Positions 1 through 9,430 of a stretch of 42,509 nucleotides of DNA are shown here, piece by piece. Source of the stretch: Dehalococcoidia bacterium (GTDB lineage Bacteria > Chloroflexota > Dehalococcoidia > Lucifugimonadales > UBA2985); NCBI GenBank assembly GCA_963582505.1, contig CAUZSC010000001.1, forward strand, positions 1 to 42,509, in the 5' to 3' direction. The position numbers and the translations under genes are program-made. Positions within the stretch are counted from its first letter, which is position 1; each line of letters starts with the position of its first letter. The notes beneath the pieces are model-generated. The model did no database searches. It worked only from the letters and a program-made list of their open reading frames with translations, and was not told the origin of the DNA.

Positions 1-529
1 GATATATGGAAAATATTGTATCTCCATATTGCCGTTCTATAAATAAATTCATGCTCTCGTATTTATCTTCTAGTATGTCTTTCTTAGAATGGCCTACTGC
101 CACCAAACCTTCATACACGGCTATTAGACCAACCTTATTTAGTATGTCATGCACTGGTCCCAATGTATATGGAGGGTCCATCAAGATAAGGTCGTAGTTT
201 CTAGCAAATGTTTCAATAGCCTTTTCTACCTTCATGCAGTAAACCTTACCCCTATCTGAGAATCCCAGGGTATTTAGACTATCTCTTATCAGCGAGCATC
301 TCTTAGCATCCGACTCCACAAAGTCTACGAACTTAGCACCACGACTTATCGCTTCTATTCCCAAAGAGCCCGTGCCAGCATAAAGATCTATAGATTGCCT
401 ACCCTCTAGCCCATACGAGTTCAGTATAGAGAAGAGACCTGCCCGAACCCTTTCTGTAGTTGGTCTTGCCCCGAGGTTACGAGTACTAGTTATACGCCTT
501 CCTCTAGCTTCTCCTCCAACTACACGCAC
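1..529 (-). CDS. rsmD: 16S rRNA (guanine966-N2)-methyltransferase RsmD; 3' end runs off the window
   Basis: Absent from the ORF track because there is no stop codon inside the window. I checked the minus frame triplet by triplet. GTG at 529-527 follows an in-frame stop (532-530), and the frame stays open to base 2. The translation VRVVGGEARGRRITSTRNLGARPTTERVRAGLFSIL...DLYAGTGSLGIEAISRGA...LILMDPPY shows the RsmD N-terminus, the SAM-binding glycine motif and DPPY. Confidence 0.8.
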   Translation of the reverse strand, partial: MRVVGGEARGRRITSTRNLGARPTTERVRAGLFSILNSYGLEGRQSIDLYAGTGSLGIEAISRGAKFVDFVESDAKRCSLIRDSLNTLGFSDRGKVYCMKVEKAIETFARNYDLILMDPPYTLGPVHDILNKVGLIAVYEGLVAVGHSKKDILEDKYESMNLFIERQYGDTIFSIY

Positions 530-618
530 TTATAACTTCTCCCAGAAATTCTCCAACTAGTCAAATCTACTTGCCCGAAATTCTATCATAGCAAATAGAG
601 AGGGTAAACCTCATCCAC

Positions 619-1239
619 TTACAAAAGTCCTACATTAACTATAAATTCACCTTCGTTATTCTCATAGGACACGTCATTAACTATCAAATACAGTCTACCG
701 TGATCTTCAGCAGCTAGGAAACCTGAGAAATACACTGGTTCAATTTTCCCATCAACGCCAACTTTGGCAATAAGCGATCCAGATGGCAATTCAACTCCTA
801 TAGCATCATTCAAGACAATATTGTCACTATTACCCTCAGGTCCTGCAGTAAGACCCGAGGATCCTATGACATCGCCAGATATTGAGAATGAGAAACCTAC
901 GTAGTCATCGTTAACATCAAGACCAGTGTCTACCCATCCATCAGTCCTAGGGTCATGTGAAGCATCCACCTTAACTGTAGCTTGTGCGGGTGCAACGTAT
1001 GCAGGTGCAACGTCATTCACTTCAATTGATTTGTGGGTCATATTAACTGAACCGTATATCAACTCTCTCTTCAGAAATGCTATAAGGTCAGAGCCATTGG
1101 AGTTAACAGATATCAAATCCCACCTGTCTCCACCAAGTTCGTTCAGAATATTTTCTGAATTACCAACATTTCCAAGTGAAACAGTCTTGTATTCCCAATT
1201 AGCCAATCTGTACTCCTTAATTATTTGGGTGGTTTCCAA
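619..1239 (-). CDS. Hypothetical protein with an N-terminal DUF4177-like domain and a C-terminal LecA/PA-IL-like beta-sandwich
   Basis: 206-aa ORF. The N-terminus (EYKTVSL...LNELGGDRWDLISV...AFLKRE) fits the DUF4177 pattern. The C-terminus (GWVDTGLDV...SGDV...GPEG...GSLIAKVG...GRLYLIVND...NEGEF) fits the PA-IL-like lectin fold pattern. Recognised from memory only. Confidence 0.55.
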   Translation of the reverse strand: METTQIIKEYRLANWEYKTVSLGNVGNSENILNELGGDRWDLISVNSNGSDLIAFLKRELIYGSVNMTHKSIEVNDVAPAYVAPAQATVKVDASHDPRTDGWVDTGLDVNDDYVGFSFSISGDVIGSSGLTAGPEGNSDNIVLNDAIGVELPSGSLIAKVGVDGKIEPVYFSGFLAAEDHGRLYLIVNDVSYENNEGEFIVNVGLL

Positions 1240-1334
1240 AAGGATTGGTTACATTTTATCATACATATGTACTAGTATTTAAAGGGACATGACAGGCCAT
1301 TCTCACGAACAGATAACAAAATTTACTGAAATTT

Positions 1335-1350
1335 GCCTTAGGCATAAGGC
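1335..1350 (-). terminator. Possible weak intrinsic terminator after the 1367-2809 gene
   Basis: 6-bp stem gcctta/taaggc with a 4-nt loop, 17 nt beyond the stop on the minus strand. The trailing U-tract is poor. Confidence 0.3.
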
Positions 1351-1366
1351 TACATCATATGTACTG

Positions 1367-2809
1367 TCAGTCCACTAAATTATTAACAACGTAGTAATCA
1401 GTCAGATTACGTAACGCTTTTGCTGCAGACCTAAAACTATAAAATACAGCTATTTTTTCTTCTGCAAAACGCTGCGTGATTGACTCCAAGTCTGATTGAT
1501 CCATCCTAGGATATCCATCGTTTATACACGCTATAACAGGTTTAGAGCTAACATCTCTAGCTTCTTTATATATTCTTACTCTATCCTCTAAGAAATCTTT
1601 ATCTTTTACGAGCTGTTGAGCTTGCATCTCCAACGCCACAATGTCCACATTCGCATCTTTGCTAAGTATCTGAGCTATCCTCTCAAAATGCTCAGGTGGA
1701 GCCTGCTGAATTGGGTTCACGTAGTTACCCCCAATCATATTGTAGAAAGATCTTAGCTCTTCATAAGAAGAATCCGTAAGGGCAGGGATTTTAAAACCAT
1801 TTGTGGAAAACACGTTAGCCATGTCCGTAGAATGACCACCAGTAACAGCATACAATCCTAAATTGTATCCTCTCGGGGGAGGAAGTAAACTTATAGCCTT
1901 GACAGTGTCAACCATTTCTTCTTGACTATCTATTCCTATAGCTCCACACCTAGCCAATAATTTATCCCAAACATCCCCGCTGATGAATGAAGCCCCAGTA
2001 TGTGCCTCAGTTGCTCTAGCACCATCTTCTGTGCGCCCCACTTTCCACACCAACATCGGTTTCATTTCGCTAGCTTTCTTTAATACTTGAAAGAATCTCT
2101 TAGGATTACGCAATCCTTCAATATACATACCAACCACTTTAGTATCTTCGTTGTCCAAGAAATATTCTATATAATCAGGAAGGTCCAGTATCATGCCGTT
2201 TCCCATACTTATACAATTTGTCATCTTAATACCATGGGCATTCGCCTCGACAGCAATTGCAGAGGCCATAGATCCACTTTGGGATATATAACCAAAATTC
2301 CCACTCTCACCATGATACTGATTCGGGCTTTGCCTGATTCCAAGGGCCGGATTAAAAAGCCCCATACAATTTGGACCCATTATCAAAGTTCCTGTCTCAC
2401 GAGCCATAGCACTTATCTGTCTGTCTAATGCTATACCTTCTTCTTCACCAGATTCCTCAAACCCAGCCGTATATATATGGACAAGGCTTACTTGTTTCTC
2501 TATACAATCCTGTACAACTAAAGGTACAAATTTCCTCGGTACTGAGATGGTCACATAATCTATAGGAACATCTATATCTACCAAACGGGCAAAGTTCTCC
2601 ACTCCTAGAGCTTCAGCGCCAGGCCATTCATTTTTATCCAGATTTACATGAAAAACTTTGCCGTTTTTCTCATGAAATGGAAGATGTGACTTAATCCATC
2701 GGAATTCGTTGTGCCTAGCAGCGCCAACCACTGCAATATTTCTAGGGTTGATACCTCTTTTGAGCTTTCCTAACACATCCTGCCAATTGGAATTGTTAAC
2801 ATTAACCAT
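1367..2809 (-). CDS. CoA-binding protein, ADP-forming acyl-CoA synthetase alpha-subunit-like (succinyl-CoA-synthetase-like fold)
   Basis: 480-aa ORF. It has a CoA-binding Rossmann N-terminus (IAVVGAA), GPNCMG, SQSG and the phosphohistidine loop context (EAHTGAS). There is no ATP-grasp domain. Confidence 0.75.
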   Translation of the reverse strand: MVNVNNSNWQDVLGKLKRGINPRNIAVVGAARHNEFRWIKSHLPFHEKNGKVFHVNLDKNEWPGAEALGVENFARLVDIDVPIDYVTISVPRKFVPLVVQDCIEKQVSLVHIYTAGFEESGEEEGIALDRQISAMARETGTLIMGPNCMGLFNPALGIRQSPNQYHGESGNFGYISQSGSMASAIAVEANAHGIKMTNCISMGNGMILDLPDYIEYFLDNEDTKVVGMYIEGLRNPKRFFQVLKKASEMKPMLVWKVGRTEDGARATEAHTGASFISGDVWDKLLARCGAIGIDSQEEMVDTVKAISLLPPPRGYNLGLYAVTGGHSTDMANVFSTNGFKIPALTDSSYEELRSFYNMIGGNYVNPIQQAPPEHFERIAQILSKDANVDIVALEMQAQQLVKDKDFLEDRVRIYKEARDVSSKPVIACINDGYPRMDQSDLESITQRFAEEKIAVFYSFRSAAKALRNLTDYYVVNNLVD

Positions 2810-2960
2810 AATATCTCCCTGTAGATCACATCTTAAAATATATACGCAACATTAATGACTTATTCTACGAAGTTTCTATATTTCAAAGCCGATTATAGCA
2901 TATAATTCGTATAGTCTTATTAGACAACCGTCATTGTTATTCTATTAGGGCCGTATATTG

Positions 2961-2989
2961 TTGACACCTAGTAGAGATATGGTTATCTT
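2961..2989 (+). promoter_or_regulatory. Sigma70-like promoter for the 3081-4499 gene
   Basis: TTGACA (2961-2966), 17-nt spacer, TATCTT (2984-2989). It lies about 90 nt upstream of the ATG. Confidence 0.4.
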
Positions 2990-3080
2990 TTAGATTGATA
3001 CGATATGTTTATATGCTCGCAGAAAATTCGGAAATTCAGTGAGCTACGCGACTAAACTAATCTACTCAAAGGAGTCAGAA

Positions 3081-4499
3081 ATGCCAAATATTAACGAACA
3101 ACTTGATAAAGCTTTTAGCCCTAAAGTAGTAGCCGTCATTGGTGCACGACGAGCAGACGACTATATCTGGCTACGAAATATGAGCGACTTTAAAGGTAAA
3201 TTATATTCAGTACAGGTAGCTGATAGTGATATAGAGGGCATAGAAGAGCTGGGAATAGAAAATTACAAGAGTATTGGTGAGATACCAGAGGCTGTTGACT
3301 ACGCAGTATTTGCTGTGCCCCGCAGATTTGCAGCTAGTGTTCTTAGAGATGCTGTAGAAAAAAACATTCCCACAGTTCATATGTTCACATCAGGTTATGC
3401 AGAGTCAGGTGAAGAACAAGCTATAAAAGATCAAGATGAAATCAGAGATATTGCTACTCAGGGAGGAACTCTAATAATAGGTCCAAACTGCATGGGTGTG
3501 TTTAATCCAGAAGTGGGTATGCGATTTGGTGCTGGGCAAGATATAAACAATATAGGTAACGTATCAGTAATATCACAAAGTGGGGCTCATGCGTCTTCTA
3601 TGACCGCAGCCATGCAGGGAAATGGCATTGGAATAAACAGAACAATCAGCTTCGGCAACGGTATCGTACTAGACAGCCCAGATTTACTCAGTTATTTCTC
3701 AAATGACCCCAAAACGAAACTTATATGTGGCTATATAGAAGGTCCTAAAAATGGCAAACGTTTCTTCGAAGAACTAAGGAAAGTAACGCCACATAAGCCG
3801 GTCGTACTATGGAAAGGCGGTCAAACAGATGCTGGAGTACGTAGTGTTGCATCTCATACAGGTAGTTTAGCTGGGTCTGTTGAAGTTTGGAACGCTATGG
3901 TCAACCAAGCAGGTGCTATAAGAGCAGACTCACTAGAAGAAGCACTGGATGCAACTAAAGCCCTTCTTTACCTCACTCCAACAACCGGCCAAAATATTGG
4001 CATAATAGGGGGCAGTGGTGGACAGTCTGTCTCTATGAGCGATGATTTCTCTAGGGCTGGACTTAACGTTCCAAGACTTACAGAATCTACTCTTACATCT
4101 ATGGGAGAGTTCTTCCAATTGGTAGGTGCCAGTTATTTCAACCCACTTGATGTAGGCGGGATGAATCGCGGTAATATAGAGAATATTATTAACTTACTAG
4201 GCAACGACCCAAATATTGACATACTCGCACTAATGGTAGGTGCCCAATCAATAAGACGGCGTAGTATAGACGACACACTAGAGCAACTTGAACTATACGC
4301 AAAGACTAGAGATGCCACTGGAAAACCATTACTAGGGATTTTCTGGACTCCTACCCCATATAAAGATAGTGCAGTAATACTAGAGCTTGATGAAGCCATG
4401 CAAAACCTAGGCATACCTACGTTTCCAAATCCTGAACGTGCCGCAAAAGCAGTTAGCAAGGTAGTACAATACTATAGATTTCGTCAGAGTTTAGTATAG
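3081..4499 (+). CDS. CoA-binding protein, ADP-forming acyl-CoA synthetase alpha-subunit-like; paralog of 1367-2809
   Basis: The ORF track starts at GTG 3039. ATG 3081 is preceded by AAGGAG (3069-3074) and gives MPNINEQL. Motifs: VAVIGAR, GPNCMG, SQSG and ASHTGSLAG (phosphohistidine loop). Confidence 0.75.
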   Translation: MPNINEQLDKAFSPKVVAVIGARRADDYIWLRNMSDFKGKLYSVQVADSDIEGIEELGIENYKSIGEIPEAVDYAVFAVPRRFAASVLRDAVEKNIPTVHMFTSGYAESGEEQAIKDQDEIRDIATQGGTLIIGPNCMGVFNPEVGMRFGAGQDINNIGNVSVISQSGAHASSMTAAMQGNGIGINRTISFGNGIVLDSPDLLSYFSNDPKTKLICGYIEGPKNGKRFFEELRKVTPHKPVVLWKGGQTDAGVRSVASHTGSLAGSVEVWNAMVNQAGAIRADSLEEALDATKALLYLTPTTGQNIGIIGGSGGQSVSMSDDFSRAGLNVPRLTESTLTSMGEFFQLVGASYFNPLDVGGMNRGNIENIINLLGNDPNIDILALMVGAQSIRRRSIDDTLEQLELYAKTRDATGKPLLGIFWTPTPYKDSAVILELDEAMQNLGIPTFPNPERAAKAVSKVVQYYRFRQSLV

Positions 4500-4636
4500 G
4501 AGTAACAAGCTTCTATGGCATCTTTGCAATAGTGCATGGCCAGATACTACATCAATGGAATTATATTAAGTTTTGGCACTGTCGGCCATATTCGCGATAT
4601 GCTAGCACTGCAGTCTGCAAGATCTCTAGGTGAATA

Positions 4637-6004
4637 ATGACTACCAAATACCGTTCAATACCAAGCGTTGAAAAAATACTCTCCCACAAGAGCACGGAAT
4701 TTTTCCTAGACAAATACACCCGTGGATTCTTGGTCGGCCTAATAAGAGAATATCTGAATGAATTACGCGAGAACGTAACTAACGGATCCGAAATACCTGA
4801 CCTAGAGACAATCATAAATGAAATTTCCATGAGATTGTCCTTAATCACAACTCATTCACCCAAAAGTGTAATAAATGCCACAGGAATTATCATACATACC
4901 AACCTCGGCAGAGTTCCGCTGAGCCAAGAATCTATAAAAGCTATAATCAACTGTGCCGCAGGTTACACGGATTTAGAATTTGATCTAAACCTCAACAGAC
5001 GCGGTTCAAGACATGCAAACACTGAACACCTACTTAGACACATCACTGGAGCTGAACGTGCGATTGTAGTTAATAATAATGCATCAGCACTTCTTGTAAC
5101 TCTATCGGCATTGTCTTCCAGGCAAGATGTGATAGTTTCACGTGGAGAAGCAGTAGAGATAGGTGGTGGATTCAGAATTCCAGATATCATAAAACAGAGC
5201 GGTGCTAATCTAATTGAAGTGGGGACTACAAACCGAACATATATAGAAGATTATGGCTCCGCTATCACCCAAAATACCGGGGCAATCCTTAAGGTTCACA
5301 CAAGTAATTTTAAAGTTACCGGATTTGTGCATGAACCATCCTTATCAGACCTTGTGAAACTTTCAAATGATAGTGACATACCACTCATCCATGATCTAGG
5401 GAGCGGATGCTTCATTGATACATCTGTATTTAGCCTTTCACACGAACCAACAGTACAAGAAAGCATAAAAAATGACGTACCCTTGGTGCTATTCTCTGGT
5501 GATAAATTGTTGGGAGGACCTCAATCAGGAATCATAATTGGTAATAAGAAATTAGTAGACAAGGTTTCCTATCACCCAACAGCTCGTGCAGTCAGAATAG
5601 ATAAGCTCAGTATAGCCGGACTTAACGCAACACTGATGCATTATTTAGAGAATAACGTTCTCGATAAGATACCAGTATGGCGCATGATATCTGCATCAAT
5701 AGATGAGATTAAGAATCGTGCTTTGTCATGGAACCAACAATTAGGTGATATAGGGGAAATTGCCCCTGGACTGTCAGCTGTCGGCGGAGGTAGTCTCCCT
5801 GGTGACACATTACCTACTATGACACTACGTCTGGATAAGAAAGTTTGTAATGGCCCAGAACATTTCACAAAGATACTCAGAGAGGGCCCTGTTCCTGTGA
5901 TAGCCAGAATAGACGAACAAAGTGTAATACTTGACCCCAGAACCGTACTACCGGAGCAGGATGATCAAGTCGTAGAACTGCTAAAGATTGCTCTCAGAAA
6001 ATAA
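4637..6004 (+). CDS. selA: L-seryl-tRNA(Sec) selenium transferase (selenocysteine synthase)
   Basis: 455 aa. The PLP-lysine motif FSGDKLLGGPQSGIIIG and the overall length and architecture are typical of bacterial SelA. Confidence 0.88.
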   Translation: MTTKYRSIPSVEKILSHKSTEFFLDKYTRGFLVGLIREYLNELRENVTNGSEIPDLETIINEISMRLSLITTHSPKSVINATGIIIHTNLGRVPLSQESIKAIINCAAGYTDLEFDLNLNRRGSRHANTEHLLRHITGAERAIVVNNNASALLVTLSALSSRQDVIVSRGEAVEIGGGFRIPDIIKQSGANLIEVGTTNRTYIEDYGSAITQNTGAILKVHTSNFKVTGFVHEPSLSDLVKLSNDSDIPLIHDLGSGCFIDTSVFSLSHEPTVQESIKNDVPLVLFSGDKLLGGPQSGIIIGNKKLVDKVSYHPTARAVRIDKLSIAGLNATLMHYLENNVLDKIPVWRMISASIDEIKNRALSWNQQLGDIGEIAPGLSAVGGGSLPGDTLPTMTLRLDKKVCNGPEHFTKILREGPVPVIARIDEQSVILDPRTVLPEQDDQVVELLKIALRK

Positions 6005-6011
6005 ATACTCT

Positions 6012-7262
6012 CTATTCCCTATATCTCCTGAAAATCAAACAAGCATTCTGCCCACCAAAGCCAAAACTATTAGATAAAACTGTATCGACAGATTGCCTGC
6101 GTCCTACGTTAGGAACATAATCCAGGTCACATTCTGGGTCTGGATTATCTAAATTAATTGTCGGGTGAATATATCCCTCGACAATTGTCTTTATGCATGC
6201 TATTGCCTCCATAGCACCAGAAGCTCCCAACACATGACCCACCATAGATTTACTAGAACTTATTGGGACCTTGTTGGATCTATCTCCAAATATTGTCTTT
6301 ATCGCTCTGGTCTCAACTATGTCATTTATAGGAGTGGATGTGCCATGTGCATTTATGTAGTCGACTTCATTAGCACTTATCCCAGCATTCTCAAGTGTCC
6401 ATCTCATAGCCCTGCTAGCTCCCTCGCCATTTTCCTCTGGTTGTACCACATGATAAGCATCACTGCATGCTGCAAACCCCAAGATTTCTGCTAATATATT
6501 CGCCCCTCGGTCAAGGGCATGGTCCAATCTTTCTATTATTAAGACTGCGGCTCCTTCTGATGGGACGAAGCCGTCTCTATCCACATCAAAGGGTCTGCTC
6601 GCTTTCGCAGGTTCATCGTTTTTTGTACTAAGGGCCTTTAGTATGCAAAACCCAGCTAGCCCAACTTCGCTTATCTGAGCCTCAGTTCCCCCAGTTATTA
6701 TCACCTCTGCGGCTCCTCGCCTAATAGCTTCTGCTGCTTCACCAATAGATTGAGTGGAAGCTGCACAAGCGGTAGTCACAGTATTATTGTAGCCCTTAGC
6801 ACCAAAATGTTTGGCTATATTTGCGGCTGCCATATTAGGCAATATCATTGGCATGAAGAACGGATTTATTCTCATACCACCCCTAGCGGCCATGATTTCA
6901 CAATTCTCCTGAATTGTAGGAACACTACCATTACCAGCACCCATCACCACACCAAATCTTTCACGATCCATATTTTCTATATCTAACTTAGAATCCTGTA
7001 CAGCCATAATAGCAGCAGCTACAGCTAATTGACTGAATCTGGCCATCCGTCTGGATTCTTTCGAATTAACAAAATTAGTGAAATCGAAATCACGCACCTC
7101 TCCGGCAATTACAGATGGAAATTCCGAAGGGTCAAACAAAGTTATTGGACCTATACCTGAACGGCCAGTAACCAAACCAGACCACAATTCTTCTACTGAA
7201 TTACCAAGCGGAGAAAGTGCCCCCATACCAGTCACAACGACACGGACTCTATCTTTTATCAA
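6012..7262 (-). CDS. fabF: Beta-ketoacyl-ACP synthase II
   Basis: 416 aa. It has the active-site Cys context TTACAAS, the His motifs NAHGTSTPIND and VGHVLGASG, and the C-terminal SFGFGGQNA. Confidence 0.9.
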   Translation of the reverse strand: MIKDRVRVVVTGMGALSPLGNSVEELWSGLVTGRSGIGPITLFDPSEFPSVIAGEVRDFDFTNFVNSKESRRMARFSQLAVAAAIMAVQDSKLDIENMDRERFGVVMGAGNGSVPTIQENCEIMAARGGMRINPFFMPMILPNMAAANIAKHFGAKGYNNTVTTACAASTQSIGEAAEAIRRGAAEVIITGGTEAQISEVGLAGFCILKALSTKNDEPAKASRPFDVDRDGFVPSEGAAVLIIERLDHALDRGANILAEILGFAACSDAYHVVQPEENGEGASRAMRWTLENAGISANEVDYINAHGTSTPINDIVETRAIKTIFGDRSNKVPISSSKSMVGHVLGASGAMEAIACIKTIVEGYIHPTINLDNPDPECDLDYVPNVGRRQSVDTVLSNSFGFGGQNACLIFRRYRE

Positions 7263-7360
7263 TTACAGCTCCTTAAGAATCCTTAAGAATGACAAAATTC
7301 TGCATTTCTACAATTATACGATAATATTACTTCTATAAATATAAAAACTGAGCAAAATAA

Positions 7361-8719
7361 CTAAGCATTTCTTTGAGCGTTAAAAACCGGATAATCTTCT
7401 GGTGGTATGTTTTTGATTATCTCCCTAACTTCTGCTGCAACGAATAGAGAGCCAATAGCTATTATCAGGTCATTGCTGCCCGTTTCATTGAAACACATAT
7501 CCAAAGCCTGCGATACAGATTCAGTTTTATATACCCTGCAATCATAAGATTCGAACATATCGTATAGCTGACCAGAATCTATAGCCCTTGGATGTCTTGA
7601 TCTGGTAGCAAAAACACAGTATGGAGAAAGGATAGACAACTCTTCGATTAATTTATCAGCATCATGATTAGATTGTATACCTACTATCAATTTAATGCGC
7701 CAACCCGGAAATAGCTTTCTGATTGATCCAACGACCGCATGGGCAGCGTGTGGATTATGTGCGCCGTCTGCTATAAGAAGTGGATGTTCCTGCAGAACCT
7801 CCATCCTGCAAGGCCATTCCACTTTACTGAGGCCATCTTCTATATCTTTTTTGCTTATTTCCAATCCACCTGCTATCAAATGCTCGATCATCCCAACAGA
7901 AACAGCTGCGTTGATTATCTGATATTCGCCCAATAATGGTATTTTCAGATCATAAGTATCATTCTGGGTATTCAAAACGAACCTCTGTCCAGTTAAATCG
8001 CTACTTCTCAGATCCCAATGGATATCTTCTCCGACAAGAGAGAAAGGACTACCCATATTAAGAGCTATATCTTTTAATACCTCCAAGGCCTCCGTCTCCT
8101 GAGATGCACATACAACTGGCACACCTGCCTTTATAATGCCGCCTTTTTCAGAGGCTATCTTTGCAATAGTGTCCCCCAGAACTTCGGTATGATCTAACCC
8201 AAGAGATGTGATGCCACACACATCTGGAATAACTACATTTGTAGAATCCAATCTCCCACCTAGCCCAACCTCTAAAACTTGAGCGGATACATTTCTGTAT
8301 TGAAAATATGAAAATGCCATTGCTGTCAATAATTCAAATAAAGTAATTTTCCGGCCCTCAAGTGTGGTTTTTTCCCTGATTGGAAGTAGCTTTTCAACCA
8401 AGTCAGCAAATTCTTGTTTCGTTATATCTTTATTACCCACTTTGATTCTTTCACAAAAGCTGTGAAGGTGCGGAGATGTAAACAAACCAGCACTATATCT
8501 GCCAGCTTCAAGGATAGATGAGGTCATAGCAGATGTACTACCTTTGCCTTTTGTTCCTGCTATATGAGCTGTAACTCTACCATTATGTGGATTACCCAGA
8601 GCATCCAGAAAATGTTCCATTTGAGATAGATCGTATCTGGAACGAAGTCCCGATGGTGAACTAGTCCCAATGGTATCCACAAAACCAAGTATCTGAGCTA
8701 CTGCTTCAGAATATTCCAC
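7361..8719 (-). CDS. folC: Bifunctional folylpolyglutamate synthase/dihydrofolate synthase
   Basis: 452 aa. It has the Mur-ligase P-loop GTKGKGST, the SPHL motif and the DGAHNP motif. Confidence 0.88.
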   Translation of the reverse strand: MEYSEAVAQILGFVDTIGTSSPSGLRSRYDLSQMEHFLDALGNPHNGRVTAHIAGTKGKGSTSAMTSSILEAGRYSAGLFTSPHLHSFCERIKVGNKDITKQEFADLVEKLLPIREKTTLEGRKITLFELLTAMAFSYFQYRNVSAQVLEVGLGGRLDSTNVVIPDVCGITSLGLDHTEVLGDTIAKIASEKGGIIKAGVPVVCASQETEALEVLKDIALNMGSPFSLVGEDIHWDLRSSDLTGQRFVLNTQNDTYDLKIPLLGEYQIINAAVSVGMIEHLIAGGLEISKKDIEDGLSKVEWPCRMEVLQEHPLLIADGAHNPHAAHAVVGSIRKLFPGWRIKLIVGIQSNHDADKLIEELSILSPYCVFATRSRHPRAIDSGQLYDMFESYDCRVYKTESVSQALDMCFNETGSNDLIIAIGSLFVAAEVREIIKNIPPEDYPVFNAQRNA

Positions 8720-8867
8720 ATATCTCCATTCTTATTGAGCGAGTATAATTTAATATGTAATGTTCACTATACCTTTTATTATATTAACACTATAAATAAA
8801 CTATATCTTTCTTTTACACGTATACCACATAAGCCTAAGACATGTCTTTTACCTTCAAATAGTCAGC

Positions 8868-8896
8868 TTGACAGCTAAATACGTGTAGATTACCAT
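8868..8896 (+). promoter_or_regulatory. Sigma70-like promoter for the tRNA-Phe/tRNA-Gly pair
   Basis: TTGACA (8868-8873), 17-nt spacer, TACCAT (8891-8896). It ends 9 nt before the mature tRNA-Phe 5' end. Confidence 0.45.
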
Positions 8897-8905
8897 GGAA
8901 ACAGA

Positions 8906-8978
8906 GCCGAGGTAGCTCAGGTGGTAGAGCACGGCACTGAAAATGCCGGTGTCGCCAGTTCGACTCTGGCCCTCGGCA
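8906..8978 (+). tRNA. tRNA-Phe (anticodon GAA); CCA not encoded
   Basis: Cloverleaf folded by hand: acceptor GCCGAGG/CCTCGGC, D stem GCTC/GAGC, anticodon stem CGGCA/TGCCG, loop CTGAAAA, T stem GCCAG/CTGGC, T loop TTCGACT, discriminator A. Confidence 0.9.
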
Positions 8979-9018
8979 CGTAATCCTTGTAACCATATTG
9001 GCAATTAGCACCAGACGA

Positions 9019-9093
<75 letters not shown>

Positions 9094-9148
9094 ATAATTA
9101 GGCGCAAAATGCCTCTTGATAGACATCAGGGGGTTTGATTTTTGCCAA

Positions 9149-9172
9149 AAGGACACACTAAAGGACACACTA
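9149..9172 (+). repeat. Perfect tandem 12-mer (aaggacacacta x2) at the left end of element A
   Basis: Read directly: 9149-9160 equals 9161-9172. It lies 56 nt downstream of the tRNA-Gly CCA end. Confidence 0.8.
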
Positions 9173-9289
9173 TCAAATGGTTTTGGGTATTAATGGATGA
9201 CCGACTTCCCTTCCCAAGACCTATCCATGGGTTTCACATTAATATTCCCTAAAGGTATTATGGAATATTAATATACTATATTTTGGTAT

Positions 9290-9305
9290 ACCTCAGGGTT
9301 CTAAA
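9290..9305 (+). repeat. Left arm of a 16-bp perfect inverted repeat (acctcagggttctaaa)
   Basis: It is the reverse complement of 10764-10779 (tttagaaccctgaggt). It contains the ACC-N3-(A/G)GGT dyad. Confidence 0.8.
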
Positions 9306-9430
9306 TAGTGTGTTATCAGGAGTATTGGCCCTATTTACAAACAGATATAGTAATTTGGCAAGGTGATTCATGCCTAGTAAACTTTGTGAATGTAACGAAA
9401 ACTCACAGAAGAATTGGATGTTCAGATTAG

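Noticed and set aside
6-197. 63-aa plus-strand ORF at the window start
   Set aside because: It lies entirely antisense to the motif-supported rsmD reading frame and has no recognisable features. It is a shadow ORF.
4500-4636. tRNA-Sec (selC) or a SECIS element next to selA, and TGA-split selenoprotein ORFs anywhere in the window
   Set aside because: The flanks contain no T-loop-like or long-acceptor tRNA structure. The two split genes in the window (antiporter, MFS) are frameshifts, not in-frame TGA interruptions.
8837-8848. Perfect 12-bp palindrome aagacatgtctt upstream of the tRNA promoter; also the 16-bp palindrome at 10782-10797 taken on its own
   Set aside because: A 12-bp palindrome is expected about ten times by chance in 42 kb, and a 16-bp one about once. 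They are not significant on their own. The 16-bp one is mentioned only as part of the dense repeat region.
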